Positions 1 through 11,809 of a stretch of DNA of 64,000 nucleotides are shown one piece after another; position 1 is the stretch's first letter, and the number at the start of each line of letters is the position of its first letter. Both the position numbers and the translations under genes were made by a program. Source of the stretch: Octopus sinensis. Its lineage: Eukaryota. The stretch is taken from contig NC_043010.1 of the NCBI RefSeq assembly GCF_006345805.1, positions 7,874,001 to 7,938,000 of the forward strand, given 5' to 3'. The notes under the pieces are model-generated. The model had not been told where the DNA came from. It did no database searches and saw nothing but the letters and a program-made list of their open reading frames with translations.

Positions 1-759
1 AGATGCATTGAAAAGACATTAAAGACATCTGGCTTCAACAAATCTTCATTCTAATGAATGTTGTTATATATTCAAAGTGACACAAATTTTTCAGAAGACA
101 GAAAAAGGAAAAAAAAAAGGATCTAAGAAATTCTTTAGGGATTTTTACTCTTGCGAATCTTTATTTCAGCATTTTCCAAGCTGATGGACTATTTAATTAA
201 TAACAGAGGAGTAGGTTCTATGTTGATTAACAGAATCATGTTGATTTGTGCTATAATTACTTGCAGCAGTAATGAAAAAAAAAAAAAGGAAGTGAAAAAT
301 ACGTTGCTAAAGAAAAGTACTTAAAATTCATTCACAGTATTTTGTATGTGTTTATTTTTTCCCCACTTGTTATCTAAGACTTTAATTAATTGATATTTAG
401 CTACTTTCAATTGAATTATTTATTTTTTTTTAAGAAAGAAAATTACAATTTTGAAATGTCTTTTTTTTTGTTTTTTTGTTAGTTATCTTGTAAATTCAAA
501 TCACTGTTTTCGTTATCATTACATATGATAAAAATGTAGTGATTCATCAGAACCTATAAATGGTATATTCATTTCTATACAGCCCACATTTTGTTTTTTA
601 CATTCACTTTGGCCTTCACTGCTAAAAAATTACCTTTAATTACCAGCATTCTATGTGTGATTTTAAAATCATGGCAAAATTAATTTATGTTGCAGTCCTC
701 ACAGAAATCTAAAAATTATTCTGACATTACAGCAGTTCAATATTCGTTTCAAATTCTGA

Positions 760-1108
760 GGGAAGGGGATAAGTTGATAAGATCAACCCCAGTGCTCAGC
801 TGGTACTTATTTTATTGACCCCAAAAGGGATGAAACGTAAAGTCAACCTCAGAGAAATTTGAACTCAAAAATTAATGATAGACGAAATACCTGTTTCTTT
901 ACAGCCCACAAGGGGCTAAACACAGAGAAGACAAACGGATTAAGTCGATTATATCGACCCCAGTGCGTAACTGGTACTTAATTTATCGAGCCCGAAAGGA
1001 TGAAAGGCAAAGTCGACCTTGGCAGAATTTGAACTCAGAACGTAATGGCAGACGGAATGCCACAAAGCATTTTGCCTGGCACGCTAATGATTCTACCAGC
1101 TCACCTCC
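760..1108 (-). mobile_element. SINE family B (head ggcggcgagctggcagaa..., body ...ttgcctttcatcctttcggggtcgataaattaagtacc...), partial dimer
   Basis: Reverse complement of the ~230-bp repeat at 35073-35305; two bodies joined at gacgaaatacctgtttctttac. Confidence 0.85.
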
Positions 1109-1380
1109 ACTACAACAGTTCAATATTGAGTACATTATGCTTTTTAGTACCACGGTAACACACATTAACAAAGTGAAGGTAAATCTAAAAATTACAGGTA
1201 AGAATCAAGAATTTCGTTCCTGTGAAGAATAAAGAAAAGGCTAACTTTTGTTCCCATTTCCTTTTACCTGATCTTATTAACATTATATAAAAAAAAAAAA
1301 CTCTTGTGTTTATCATTACAGTTTTGTCAATTCAGAATTTCCCCATTTTACTCAATACTAGAATGTACTGTTTATATGTT

Positions 1381-1761
1381 GAGGCGCAATGGCCCAGTGG
1401 TTAGGGCAGTGGACTCGTGGTCATAGGATCGCGGTTTTGATTCCCAGACCGGGCGTTGTGAGTGTTTATTGAGCGAAAACACCTAAAGCTCCACGAGGCT
1501 CCGGCAGCGGATGGTGGTGATCCCTGCTGTACTCTTTCCCCACAACTCTCTCTCACTCTTACTTCCTGTTTCTGTTGTACCTGTATTTCAAAGGGCCAGC
1601 CTTGTCACTCTCTGTGTCACGCTGAATATCCCCGAGAACTACGTTAAGGGTACACGTGTCTGTGGAGTGCTCAGCCACTTACACGTTAATTTCACAAGCA
1701 GGCTGTTCCGTTGATCGGATCAACCGGAACCCTCGTCGTCGGAACCGACGGAGTGCTTCCA
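1381..1761 (+). mobile_element. tRNA-headed SINE family C with tail type 1
   Basis: Pol III box A-like tggcccagtggttag and box B-like gtttcgattcc; near-identical full copy at 58519-58902. Confidence 0.9.
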
Positions 1762-2297
1762 TCCACTGTTTATATAGGTTAGTATTAGCAATAACTCATC
1801 AAAGAATAGTCATTAGTTAAAACCTCATTGCAATTTTCAGCAAAGGAAATAATTCAAGAAAATATTTTGCTAATGTATTCATTCATTGATAAGCAACATA
1901 ACCAATATACATGTCATTATTATGTTTATAATATTTGAGTATCAACATAAAAATGTATGCCAAAGCTAGATTTGCTTAGAACAGCATTCCATTGATTCAG
2001 CATCAGAAAACAATAAAACTTTATTCATAATGAGCCCAAGTTGTTCACAGTCTGAACCTTTGAAGAAATGCCACATGAAACAAAATAGCAAAGGCAAAGT
2101 AATTGATACTGGAACTATTTACATATGAAAGAGCTAAAACCTTTCAGATCTAATATTGAATAAAATGCCAAATTTATAAAGGAAAAAATATATATAAATA
2201 AATTAGTCTCTTCAAAATCTATGGTAAGCTAAATGTTTTTAAATCCTTCTTCGTGTTGTATGACACCTTAAACAAAAGTTATTTCAATTATATACCT

Positions 2298-2970
2298 ATT
2301 TCTTTACTACCCACAAGGGGCTAAACACAGAGGGGACAAACAAGGACAGACATAGGTATTAAGTCGATTACATCGACCCCAGTGTGTAACTGGTACTTAT
2401 TTAATCGACCCCAAAAGGACGAAAGGCAAAGTCGACCTCGGCGGAATTTGAACTCAGAACGTAGCAGCAGACGAAATACCTATTTCTTTATTACCCACAA
2501 GGGGCTAAACACAGAGGGAACAAACAAGGACAGACAAACGGATTAAGTCGATTTCATCGACCCCCGTGTGCAACTGGTACTTATTTAATTGACCCCGAAA
2601 GGACGAAAGGCAAAGTCGACCTCGGCAGAATTTGAACTCAGGACATACTGGCAGACGAAATACAGCTAAGCACTTCACCCGGCATGCCAACGTTTCCGCC
2701 AGCTCACCACCTTTATAATTTCAATTATATACCTATTTCTTTACTACCCACAAGGGGCTAAACACAGAGGGGCTAAACAAACAAGGACAGACAAATGGAT
2801 TAAGTCGATTTCATCGACCCCCGTGTGCAACTGGTACTTATTTAATTGACCCCGAAAGGACGAAAGGCAAAGTCGACCTCAACAGAATTTGAACTCAGGA
2901 CATACTGGCAGACGAAATACAGCTAAGCACTTCACCCGGCATGCCAACGTTTCCGCCAGCTCACCACCTT
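2298..2970 (-). mobile_element. SINE family B array (dimer plus duplicated monomer)
   Basis: Three bodies; flanking 17-mer atttcaattatatacct occurs at ~2281, ~2718 and ~2973. Confidence 0.9.
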
Positions 2971-3269
2971 TATAATTTCAATTATATACCTGCAGCCAAT
3001 TCCTTAACTCTGCAATGCATAATCGCATTACAATACAATTACTTTTAGTCAACAGGCCATGCTCTACTTAATGTTATCCTAAAACAAGTCAATAGAAGAA
3101 AGAGAGCCCATCACCTTTGAAATGATATCTGGACAGATTTCTTCAAGGGAAACAAGACAAGCCCCCTTATTCCTGGATACTTTTCAGTCAACTGGAGTTC
3201 CCTACTTGAATGGGCCGTGACACCTGATGACTTGACTTGAATATGATTTAACAAATTCCATAAGAGTAC

Positions 3270-3681
3270 CCCTGATGCATTGTGCGACATGATATGCTTG
3301 AGAAGACCTGTTGAGTCAAGTAAAACCAATATCATAGCTGTGGCCAATGCCCACTGACCGGCTCTCATGCCAGTGACATATAAAAAGCACCAACGAGGCC
3401 AATGCCAGTACTCTCTGGCCCCCATACTGGTGACACGTAAAAAGTACTATCCGAATATGATCGATGCCAGGCCCACCTGACTGGCTCCTGTGCCAGTGGC
3501 ACGTAAAAAGCACCCACTACACTCTCAGAGTGGTTGGCATTAAGAAGGGCATGCAGCTGTAGAAACTCTGCCAAATCAGATTGGAGCCTGGTGCAGCCGC
3601 TGGCTCTCCAGACCCCAGTCAAACCATCCAACCCATGCCAGCATGGAAATCACACGTCAAACGAGGATGATGATGATGATA
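3270..3681 (+). mobile_element. RTE-clade LINE 3' end (ORF terminus remnant, 3' UTR, (GAT)n tail)
   Basis: Encodes RHDMLEKT-like terminus matching the ORF end at 12055-12330; UTR gaagggcat(c)cagctgtagaaactctgccaaatcagattggagcc recurs many times; ends in gatgatgat. Confidence 0.75.
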
Positions 3682-4200
3682 CACACATATATATGCACAC
3701 ACATACATATACACACATATATGGTATGTGAAAATATATATACATATATATATATAAACGTGTATATATATATGTATGTTTGTGTATATATATGTGTGTG
3801 TTTTGTAATATGGTATATATGTTTACATATATATATATGTATGTATGTATATATACCAAAGTGTGTTTATGTACAGCCAAGTATAAGACCAATCAAACAT
3901 TAACTGAAACAGCATTCTATACATCATTTAAATAGATGTTTAGATAGATAGTGCACTGAATTTATATTTCACAAGAAAAAGTTTCACAGCGACTTTGAAG
4001 CTTCTCCAGTGACAGAATGATACAAGCTTAGATTAGTGTGTGTGTGTATGTGTGTGTGAAGTAAAGATATACAAATTAAGGAGAAAAAACAATCAAACAC
4101 TGCAACAAATATGACTACCTTGCAGTATTTGTTTCACCTATATTTCGCAAGCAGTCAGCAGCATCATTATCATCTTCGTTTCACTGTTTACTTATACATA

Positions 4201-4616
4201 GGCGCAGGAGTGGCTCTGTGGTAAGTAGCTTGCTAACCAACCACATGGTTCCGGGTTCAGTCCCACTGCGTGGCATCTTGGGCAAGTGTCTTCTGCTATA
4301 GCCCCGGGCTGACCAATGCCTTGTGAGTGGATTTGGAAGACGGAAACTGAAAGAAGCCCATCGTATAAATGTATATATATATATATATGTGTGTATGTGT
4401 GTGTGTTTGTGTGTGTGTGTTTGTCCCCCTAGCATTGCTTGACAACTGATGCTGGTGTGTTTACGTCCCCGTCACTTAGCGGTTCGGCCAACGCAACCAA
4501 TAGAATAAGTACTGGGCTTACAAAGAATAAGTCCCGGGGTCGATTTGCTCGACTAAAGGCGGTGCTCCAGCATGGCCACAGTCAAATGACTGAAACAAGT
4601 AAAAGAGTAAAAGAGT
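4201..4616 (+). mobile_element. tRNA/CORE-type SINE family A, full length
   Basis: Head ggcgcaggagtggctgtgtggtaag...ggttcagtccc, CORE-like cttgggcaagtgtctt, internal (TA)/(TG) microsatellite, tail ggcggtgctccagcatggcc...gtaaaagag; more than 12 copies in window. Confidence 0.9.
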
Positions 4617-4806
4617 ATGCTTGTATGGGTCAGGTAGAGTTTTACTGAGGCAGATTTTCAATGGCTGGATACTCTTCCTGTCACCCAACCCTTAACTGTC
4701 TCCAAGCAAGGAAATATTTCCTATCACCAAACATATTGGAAATGAATGACATTTATAACAATCATAGCAGGTGAAGGAGGCAAAAACATTCACACTCTTA
4801 TATATC

Positions 4807-4852
4807 TGTCAGAAGTGGGATTCGAACCCACGCCCACATTCACAGACCAGAA
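4807..4852 (-). pseudogene. 3' half of a tRNA-Leu (CAA-type) sequence; 5' half absent
   Basis: Minus strand TTCTGGTCTGTGAATGTGGGCGTGGGTTCGAATCCCACTTCTGACA matches the variable arm, T arm and acceptor of eukaryotic tRNA-Leu(CAA); no CCA, no D arm or anticodon arm nearby. Confidence 0.7.
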
Positions 4853-4861
4853 CACTCAATG

Positions 4862-5047
4862 TTCCGGTTAAGGTGCATTACACTCTCGGAGTGGTTAGTG
4901 TTAGGAAGGGCATCCAGCTGTAGAAACTCTGCCAAATCAAGATTGGAGCCTGGTGCAGCCATCTGGTTCGCCAGCCCTAGGTCAAAATCGTCCAACCCAT
5001 GCTAGCATGGAAAGCAGATGTTAAACAATGATGATGATGATGATGAT
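4862..5047 (+). mobile_element. RTE LINE 3' UTR fragment
   Basis: Same UTR as 3270-3681, ends in (GAT)n. Confidence 0.8.
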
Positions 5048-5319
5048 ATATATCATAAAGAAATCATAAATCCAAAACAGTAGCACACCTTAAGTTATAG
5101 AGTAGTGGAGTAATTAGATAAAAGGTAGTTATAGCCAGTCTATGGGGTTACCCTGGGTTTCAGATCCATAAAGCACTCAGCTTTATGGCTTATCTTCAGT
5201 TCCTAATGGCCGGTAGACTATAACCTCTCTCCAAAGTGGAGAGAGAAAAGATGTATATGCGTGTGCGTGTGTGTGTGTGTACATGTATATGTGTGTGTGT
5301 GTGTGTGTATGTATATATA

Positions 5320-5742
5320 CTCTTTTACTCTTTTACTCTTTTACTTGTTTCAGTAATTTGACTGTGGCCATGCTGGAGCACCGCCTTTAGTCGAGCAAAT
5401 CGACCCCGGGACTTATTCTTTGTAAGCCCAGTACTTATTCTATCGGTCTCTTTTGCCGAACCACTAAGTGACGGGGACATAAACACACCAGCATCGGTTG
5501 TCAAGCAATGCTAGGGGGACAAACACAGACACACAAACATATACACACACATACATATATACACATATATATATACATATATACGACAGGCTTCTTTCAG
5601 TTTCCGTCTACCAAATCCACTAACAAGGCATTGGTCAGCCCGAAGCTATAGCAGAAGACACTTGCCCAAGATGCCACGCAGTGAGACTGAACCCGGAACT
5701 ATGTGGTTGGTAAGCAAGCTACTTACCACAGAGCCACTCCTG

Positions 5743-5743
<1 letters not shown>
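5320..5743 (-). mobile_element. SINE family A, full length
   Basis: Reverse complement of 4201-4616. Confidence 0.9.
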
Positions 5744-5782
<39 letters not shown>

Positions 5783-5825
5783 GTATATATATATATGTAT
5801 ATATATATTATGTGTATATATCTAT

Positions 5826-5860
<35 letters not shown>

Positions 5861-5997
5861 TAAGGTATGTAGAAAAATACAACATGGACAAGAACGTATA
5901 ACTCTTAGAAGACGATACAATAAACATGGACAGGACATTCGATCCCCTCAGTCTTCAGTCAAGAACCGGATCATCGTAGTAATTTCGGCTGATTAAT
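5861..5997 (-). mobile_element. Probable Penelope-like element terminus with degenerate hammerhead-like core
   Basis: Embedded in (TA)n; minus strand has CTGAAGA (5952-5958) followed by gatcGAAtgtc, but stems are poorly supported. Confidence 0.35.
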
Positions 5998-6024
5998 ATG
6001 TATATATATATATGTGTATATATA

Positions 6025-6068
<44 letters not shown>

Positions 6069-6354
6069 GTATATATATATATGTATATATATATATAATA
6101 TATATATATATATATTATATATATACAGTGATACCTAGCAGTACAAGTTTAGTTCGTTCTGTGACTGAGCTCATCTTATGATTTACTCATTTTACAAATC
6201 AATTTTCCCCTTTGAAATTAACTAAAATATAATTAATCTGTTCCAGCCCCACAAAACCACTCAAAAATAATTTTTTAGGGGTTTTAAGCCAAAAAAAGCT
6301 ATAGTTACAAATAAAATGACAATTATAAAAAAAAGAATGCAAAAGAAATACATA

Positions 6355-6790
6355 GGCGCAGGAGTGGCTGTGTGGTAAGTAGCTTGTTTACCAATCACAT
6401 GGTTCCAGGTTCAGTCCCACAGCGCGGCACCTTGGGCAAGTGTCTTCTGCTATAGCCCCGGGCTGACCAATGCCTTGTGAATGGATTTGGTAGACAGAAA
6501 CTGAAAGAAGCCCGTCGTATATATGTATATATGTATATATATGTATATGTATATGTGTGTGTGTGTGTTTGTGTGTTTGTGTGTTTGTGTTTGTCCCCCT
6601 AGCATTGCTTGACAACCAATGCTCGTATGTTTATATCCCAGTTACTTAGCGGTTCGGCAAAAGAGACCGATAGAATAAGTACTGGGCTTACAAAAGAATA
6701 AGTCCCAGGGTCGAGTTGCTCGATTAAAGGCGGTGCTCCAGCATGGCTGCAGTCAAATTACTGAAACAAGTAAAAGAGTAAAAGAGTAAA
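6355..6790 (+). mobile_element. SINE family A, full length
   Basis: Matches 4201-4616. Confidence 0.9.
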
Positions 6791-6959
6791 CTGGTTTTAT
6801 TGACTGAATTACCTTAAGGATGGAATGATTTGTGTGTTTGTTCTGCGGATTTCTGCTTGTACTTGAAGACAAAAATGTGCACGTGTCTTGGCTTATATAG
6901 AAAATTACTCGTACAATGGAGCACTAATACTGTGAGGTTCTACGGTATCTCACCGGTAT

Positions 6960-7131
6960 TTGTGTCACATAAAAAGCACCAAGTCCACTCTGCTGAGTGG
7001 TTGGAGAGATAGGAAGGATGCGTCCAGCTGTGGAAATCCTGCCAAAACAGTCACAGAAGACTGGTGTAGGCTTCGGCCTGGCTGGCTCTTGTGGTACCAT
7101 GCTAGCATGGAAGACAGACGTTAAACAATGT

Positions 7132-7162
<31 letters not shown>

Positions 7163-7163
7163 A
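6960..7163 (+). mobile_element. RTE LINE 3' UTR fragment, diverged
   Basis: aaaagcacc...ctagcatggaagacagacgttaaac(GAT)n. Confidence 0.7.
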
Positions 7164-7659
7164 GGCAAATAAAAAAAAAAAAAACAGAGAAAAAAAATAA
7201 ACAAAAGTCGATTGGGAGTACACAGTGAATATATAAGAATGATGTTCAGTGAAGGTTTTAGGGGGAAAAATAGAATTAATGTTTCAAGGAAAATGTCCAA
7301 AGAGGCGGAAAGGAAGGAAGGAGCAGATAGTCTGAGAAAACCATGTGTGTTGTTGCATGGACAGCTTTCTTTCAGTTTCTATCTACCAAATTCACTCACA
7401 AGTGGTTGGTCAACCAGCAGTTATAGAAGAAGACATTTGCTCAAAGTGCCACAGAGAACTGAACCTAAAAACAATGAGGTTTGGAAGCAGACTCTTTAAC
7501 CACACAGCCATGCTAGTGCATGCATCATTGCTTTTGCTCCAATCTTGATTTTGCTTTAGGTGACTGTGTAGATAGAATCAGACATTGGACATCTGGTTGG
7601 CACTCACACTTTTGACCCCATGAAGCATCCATGAGATGGCAACAAGAATGAGTGAGAAC

Positions 7660-7825
7660 TGTTGCTGTATCTGGTTGGTACTCGTTACAGCGGAGTAAAC
7701 TACAACAATATGAAATGAAAAGCCTTGCTTAAGAATACAACATAGTGCCCGGTCCAAGAACTGAAACTCGCAACATTATGATCATGAGGTGAATACTCTA
7801 ACCACTAGGCAACGGCCCTTCACAG
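7660..7825 (-). mobile_element. tRNA-headed SINE family D, head/core fragment
   Basis: Reverse complement of head tagtggttagagtattcacctcatgatc...; related copies at 11170-11450, 15570-15725, 57303-57445, 59020-59220. Confidence 0.6.
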
Positions 7826-7866
7826 GATAGGATATAAGAAAGACAATGTCAATGTTCTAACAGATA

Positions 7867-8162
7867 CTAGATGTATCACCCGGCGTTGCTCGGGTTTGTA
7901 AGGGAAATAACTATATAAGCATTTTTAGAGAGTTATAGCCAAAAAATAGCAAAAAAATGCATTAAAAATGGAAAAAAAATTATGGTAAATTTTTTTTAAA
8001 TCGTAGACTCATCGTAGACGCGCGCTAATACCCAGAAGGGCTCGATATGAATCACGACTATAAGATACCCGGTTTTGGTTAAACTGCACCGCAAATTGTG
8101 GGAGTAGTTAGGAATCTAAATCGTAGGAGACAGACACACAACCTTACTTTTATATATAAAGA
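7867..8162 (-). mobile_element. Non-autonomous Helitron, short family
   Basis: Minus strand starts A|TCTTTATATATAAAAGT and ends CCCGAGCAACGCCGGG hairpin then CTAG|T; matches 52651-53136. Confidence 0.85.
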
Positions 8163-9788
8163 TTACTAGTTTAAATTCTTCTCAAAAATCACTGTATAAC
8201 ACAAGATAAATGAAACGAAGTATCAAACTTCTACCAAATAATCAAGTAGTTTGCTTTTCTTTATTTTTTTTTTCATTTTTAAAACATTCTTTACTTTACT
8301 ATGATCAAAAAGCACCACCTTTTTTTTTCTTTTTTTTTTTGCCATTCACTTAGATGGAGGGCAGAAGCGTGAAATGTGAGAGACTTTTTACTCCTCATGG
8401 TAACTGAACATATCATGAACTCTTCCACAAACTCTGCTATTTCTGTAATGGACAGTTGCCTTATGCAATGACTGTGTTATTTACACTTGCTTTTACAAGC
8501 CACTTTCAGCATGGGAAGTCGAGGGAAGGATAATTTTACACCCAACAACTGAAGTATTGAATAATTGCCTTATGAAAAGTAAAAAAAAAAAAAAAAATAA
8601 TAATAATAAATTATTAGAACATTTAAATTATATGGCCTGTTGCAAGAGAGACAAGTGTTTTATGGACACTTGCATTTTATAACATGTTCTAGTTACTGAG
8701 ACATTTCCAATAAAAATATTGCAATATTGTTTGATTTTGACCTTATTAATTATCGCCATATTAATCGATAGACGAGAAACAATATTTAGGATTTAAATTG
8801 ATATTGATATTGATCTTGCTAGATTTTAATTACTTAAAATTAATAACAAAATGAAAGACTTTAAAAACATTTGACTAATAACTAGTCTGAATGTATTTTG
8901 TATGCTGCCGCAGAATTATTACATGTGAATTATGGCTTTCATACCACACACCACACACAAACCCATACACACCACACACATGCCAACTCCAACACCCATA
9001 CACACACACCAAGTACTTACACACATGTAGATATGTGTGTATATATATATAAATATATATATGTGTAATATAAATATATATATAATATATATATATATAT
9101 GTATATAATATATATATAAAATATAATATGTGGTGTATATATATATATATATAAACATTCACACAGATTGTATGCATATGCAAGATATATGCTCAATCAT
9201 CATCATAGTTGTCATCACCATCATTACTAACATCCTCATTGTCATTGTCGTCATCATAATCATTCTCTGCATCAGCAGCATTCTTGCTTTACATCCACTT
9301 TCCATACTAGCATGGGTTAGAGGGATGTTGCTGCTCTCCTTATTGGCTTAAAGGACCACATCTTTTTTTGCAAGTTTCATTTTGGGTTTGGATTCTACAG
9401 CCCTTCTCAACACCAACTACTTTACAAAATATATTAGGCTCAAGCTGTTGTAGTGCAAACCCTAGAGAAGCTGCATCTTTGGTAAGGCTAAGGTTTTCCC
9501 CACCTAAGCCCACAGGGAATTGAAACCATGATCTCGTGATTGTATGTACAACACCCTAACCATTAGGTCATGTATCCTCAAATAAAACCCACATATCACA
9601 ACAAAATATTCTAAGTTGTTGTATTGCTGTCATGTTTTACAAATAATTCCAATTTTATAACTAACATGAGGACCTACTTTGCAGTTTCACAGAATATGAA
9701 CAGGATTTTCAGAGTGCTAGCAATGAGGATATACAAAAAAAAAAAGGACATATGGATATTTATGTTTTCAAAGAACAAAATCATAATA

Positions 9789-10196
9789 GGCGCAGGAGTG
9801 GCTGTGTGGTATGTAGCTTGCTAACCAACCACATGTTTCCGGGTTCAGTCCCACTGCGTGGCATCTTGGGCAAGTGTCTTCTGCTATAGCCCCAGGCCGA
9901 CCAATGCCTTGTGAGTGGATTTGGTAAACGGAAACTGAAAGAAGCCCGTTGTATATATGTATATATATATATATATATGTGTTTGTGTGTCCATGTTTGT
10001 CCCCCTAGCATTACTTGACAACCGATGCTGGTGTGTTTATGTCCCCGTCACCTAGCGATTCGGCAAAAGAGACCGATAGAATAAGTACTGGGCTTACAAA
10101 GAATAAGTCTCGGGGTCGATTTGCTCGACTAAAGGCGGTGCTCCAGCATGGCCGCAGTCAAAATGACTGAAACAAGTAAAAGAGAGTAAAAGAGTA
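9789..10196 (+). mobile_element. SINE family A, full length
   Basis: Matches 4201-4616. Confidence 0.9.
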
Positions 10197-10339
10197 TAAT
10201 AAACGCATATTCTTTCAAATGTGATGCTTACAGGCTTCCATAGGTGTACGTTATTCAGAAAAGGCCCACAACTTAAAGCCCAGCCAAGCCGCACAATGAT
10301 GTGAAAGTGACATATGTCAGTCTGCAGCTGATTATCTAA

Positions 10340-10510
10340 ATTGCCCTCTTCTTCATCCTTTGTATTTGACAAGTGCTTATTCTGTTATCCCTTTGAGGAT
10401 GAAAAGCAAATTTGACTTTAGCAGGGTCAGAACTGCAGATGTAAACCCGGATGTAACTGAATACTGCAAGGTATTTTTGTCGAGTGCTGTAACAGCCCAA
10501 CCTCGTGAAC
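10340..10510 (-). mobile_element. Old diverged SINE family B-like copy
   Basis: Minus strand gttctgaccctgctaaagtcaaatttgcttttcatcctc resembles gttctgagttcaaattccgccgaggtcgactttgcctttcatcct. Confidence 0.5.
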
Positions 10511-10677
10511 ATAAATATACAAAGGAATAGAGAAATAAAAGATAATTTGGTACAAGCTTGCATAGTTCTATGGTCAAGAAGTTCTAGATGATGATGATGA
10601 GGAGGAGGAGGATGATGATGATGAAGACAGTGATGACAATGACAATGACAATGTCAGTGAAGGTGGTGGTGGAGAGT

Positions 10678-10756
<79 letters not shown>

Positions 10757-10789
10757 ATGATAATAACTGGCATTGATTTTTATCATTTC

Positions 10790-11140
10790 AGACTTCTGGT
10801 TCAGTCCTACTGTACAACACCTGAGACAAGTGTTCTTCTACTATAGCCCTGGGTTGGCCTAAGCCTTGTGTGCTAATTTGGTAAATGGTAAATACACAGA
10901 AGTTCCTGCTATATATGTTTGTATGTGTGAATATTTGTGGGGTTTTTTTTTGTTTGCTTTTGTCTCGCTGTCCTTGACAACCGATGTTAGTTTGTTTACA
11001 TCCTGTAACTTAATGGTTCAGCAAACAACACCAATACAACAGAACATTAGGCACCAGACATGAAATAAATTCTGGGGCCAATTTGTGCAACTAAACCTCC
11101 AGTACAGTGCCCCAGCATAGCCAGAGACCCCATGACTAAA
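10790..11140 (+). mobile_element. Diverged SINE family A
   Basis: ggttcagtcc...gacaagtgttcttctactatagccc...gtgccccagcatagcc. Confidence 0.65.
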
Positions 11141-11169
11141 AAGACTTAATTATGATGACGAGAATTCTA

Positions 11170-11450
11170 ATTAATCTGATCAACGGAATAGCCTGCTCAT
11201 GAAGTTATCAGGCAAGTGGCTGAGCACTCCACAGATACATGTGCCTTTAATATAGTTCCCAAGGAGATTCAGTGTGGCAGGGTTGGCCCTTTGAAATTCA
11301 GGTATCCCCCATTTTTGCCAGCTGAGTTGACTGGAGCAACGTGAAATAAACTGTGTTCCTCAAGGACAGAGCATGTTGCTTGGAATTGAACTCACAACCT
11401 TACAATCACGATCCAAATACACTAACCACTAAGCCACTCAACTTCACATG
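11170..11450 (-). mobile_element. SINE with family D head and family C tail type 1
   Basis: gatcaacggaatagcctgctc...gtggctgagcactccacaga is the reverse complement of the 1381-1761 tail; head differs from family C. Confidence 0.7.
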
Positions 11451-11477
11451 AATCTGACAAGTCTAAAACGATAAACG

Positions 11478-11709
11478 TTGCCCTTTTCAAGCCTAGCCAG
11501 GCTCATGGGCCCGGTTTCCCGGTTTCTGTGGCATATGTGTTCCCCCCAGTTGGACGGGACGCCAGGCCCTTGCAGCATTACTCAAGAAACTGGAAGAGAG
11601 AGTAAGAGAAAGTTGGAGCAAAAGAGTACAACAGGGGTCGCCACCACCCCCTACCGAAGCCTTGTGGAGCTTTTAGGTATTTTTGCTCAATAAACACACA
11701 CAACGCCCG
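11478..11709 (-). mobile_element. SINE family C with tail type 3, truncated by gap
   Basis: Reverse complement of 33876-34190. Confidence 0.8.
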
Positions 11710-11809
11710 NNNNNNNNNNNNNNNNNNNNNNNNNNNNNNNNNNNNNNNNNNNNNNNNNNNNNNNNNNNNNNNNNNNNNNNNNNNNNNNNNNNNNNNNNNN
11801 NNNNNNNNN
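11710..11809. other. Assembly gap (100 N)
   Basis: Run of exactly 100 N. Confidence 1.

Noticed and set aside
1-54. Open frame RCIEKTLKTSGFNKSSF* followed by AT-rich, UTR-like DNA
   Set aside because: Only 17 codons at the window edge; cannot be distinguished from chance.
1381-1460. tRNA gene calls at SINE heads (families A, C, D)
   Set aside because: They have box A/B but no complete cloverleaf, and are fused to repeated SINE bodies.
3218-3245. gacacCTGATGA motif
   Set aside because: No stem II or GAAA follows, so it is not a hammerhead.
3111-3425. 104-aa minus ORF with apparent splice sites
   Set aside because: The apparent acceptor and upstream part are the antisense of the RTE LINE 3' end (same motif at ~11980); no domain recognised.
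8350-8560. Possible mariner helix-turn-helix remnant on minus strand (RQLSITEIAE)
   Set aside because: Single short motif with no TIRs or further motifs; too weak to annotate.
10234-10530. Plus frame with a single TGA before Cys (…AAQ*CESDIC…), suggesting a selenoprotein exon
   Set aside because: Overlaps a diverged minus-strand SINE B; no selenoprotein family similarity and no SECIS recognised.
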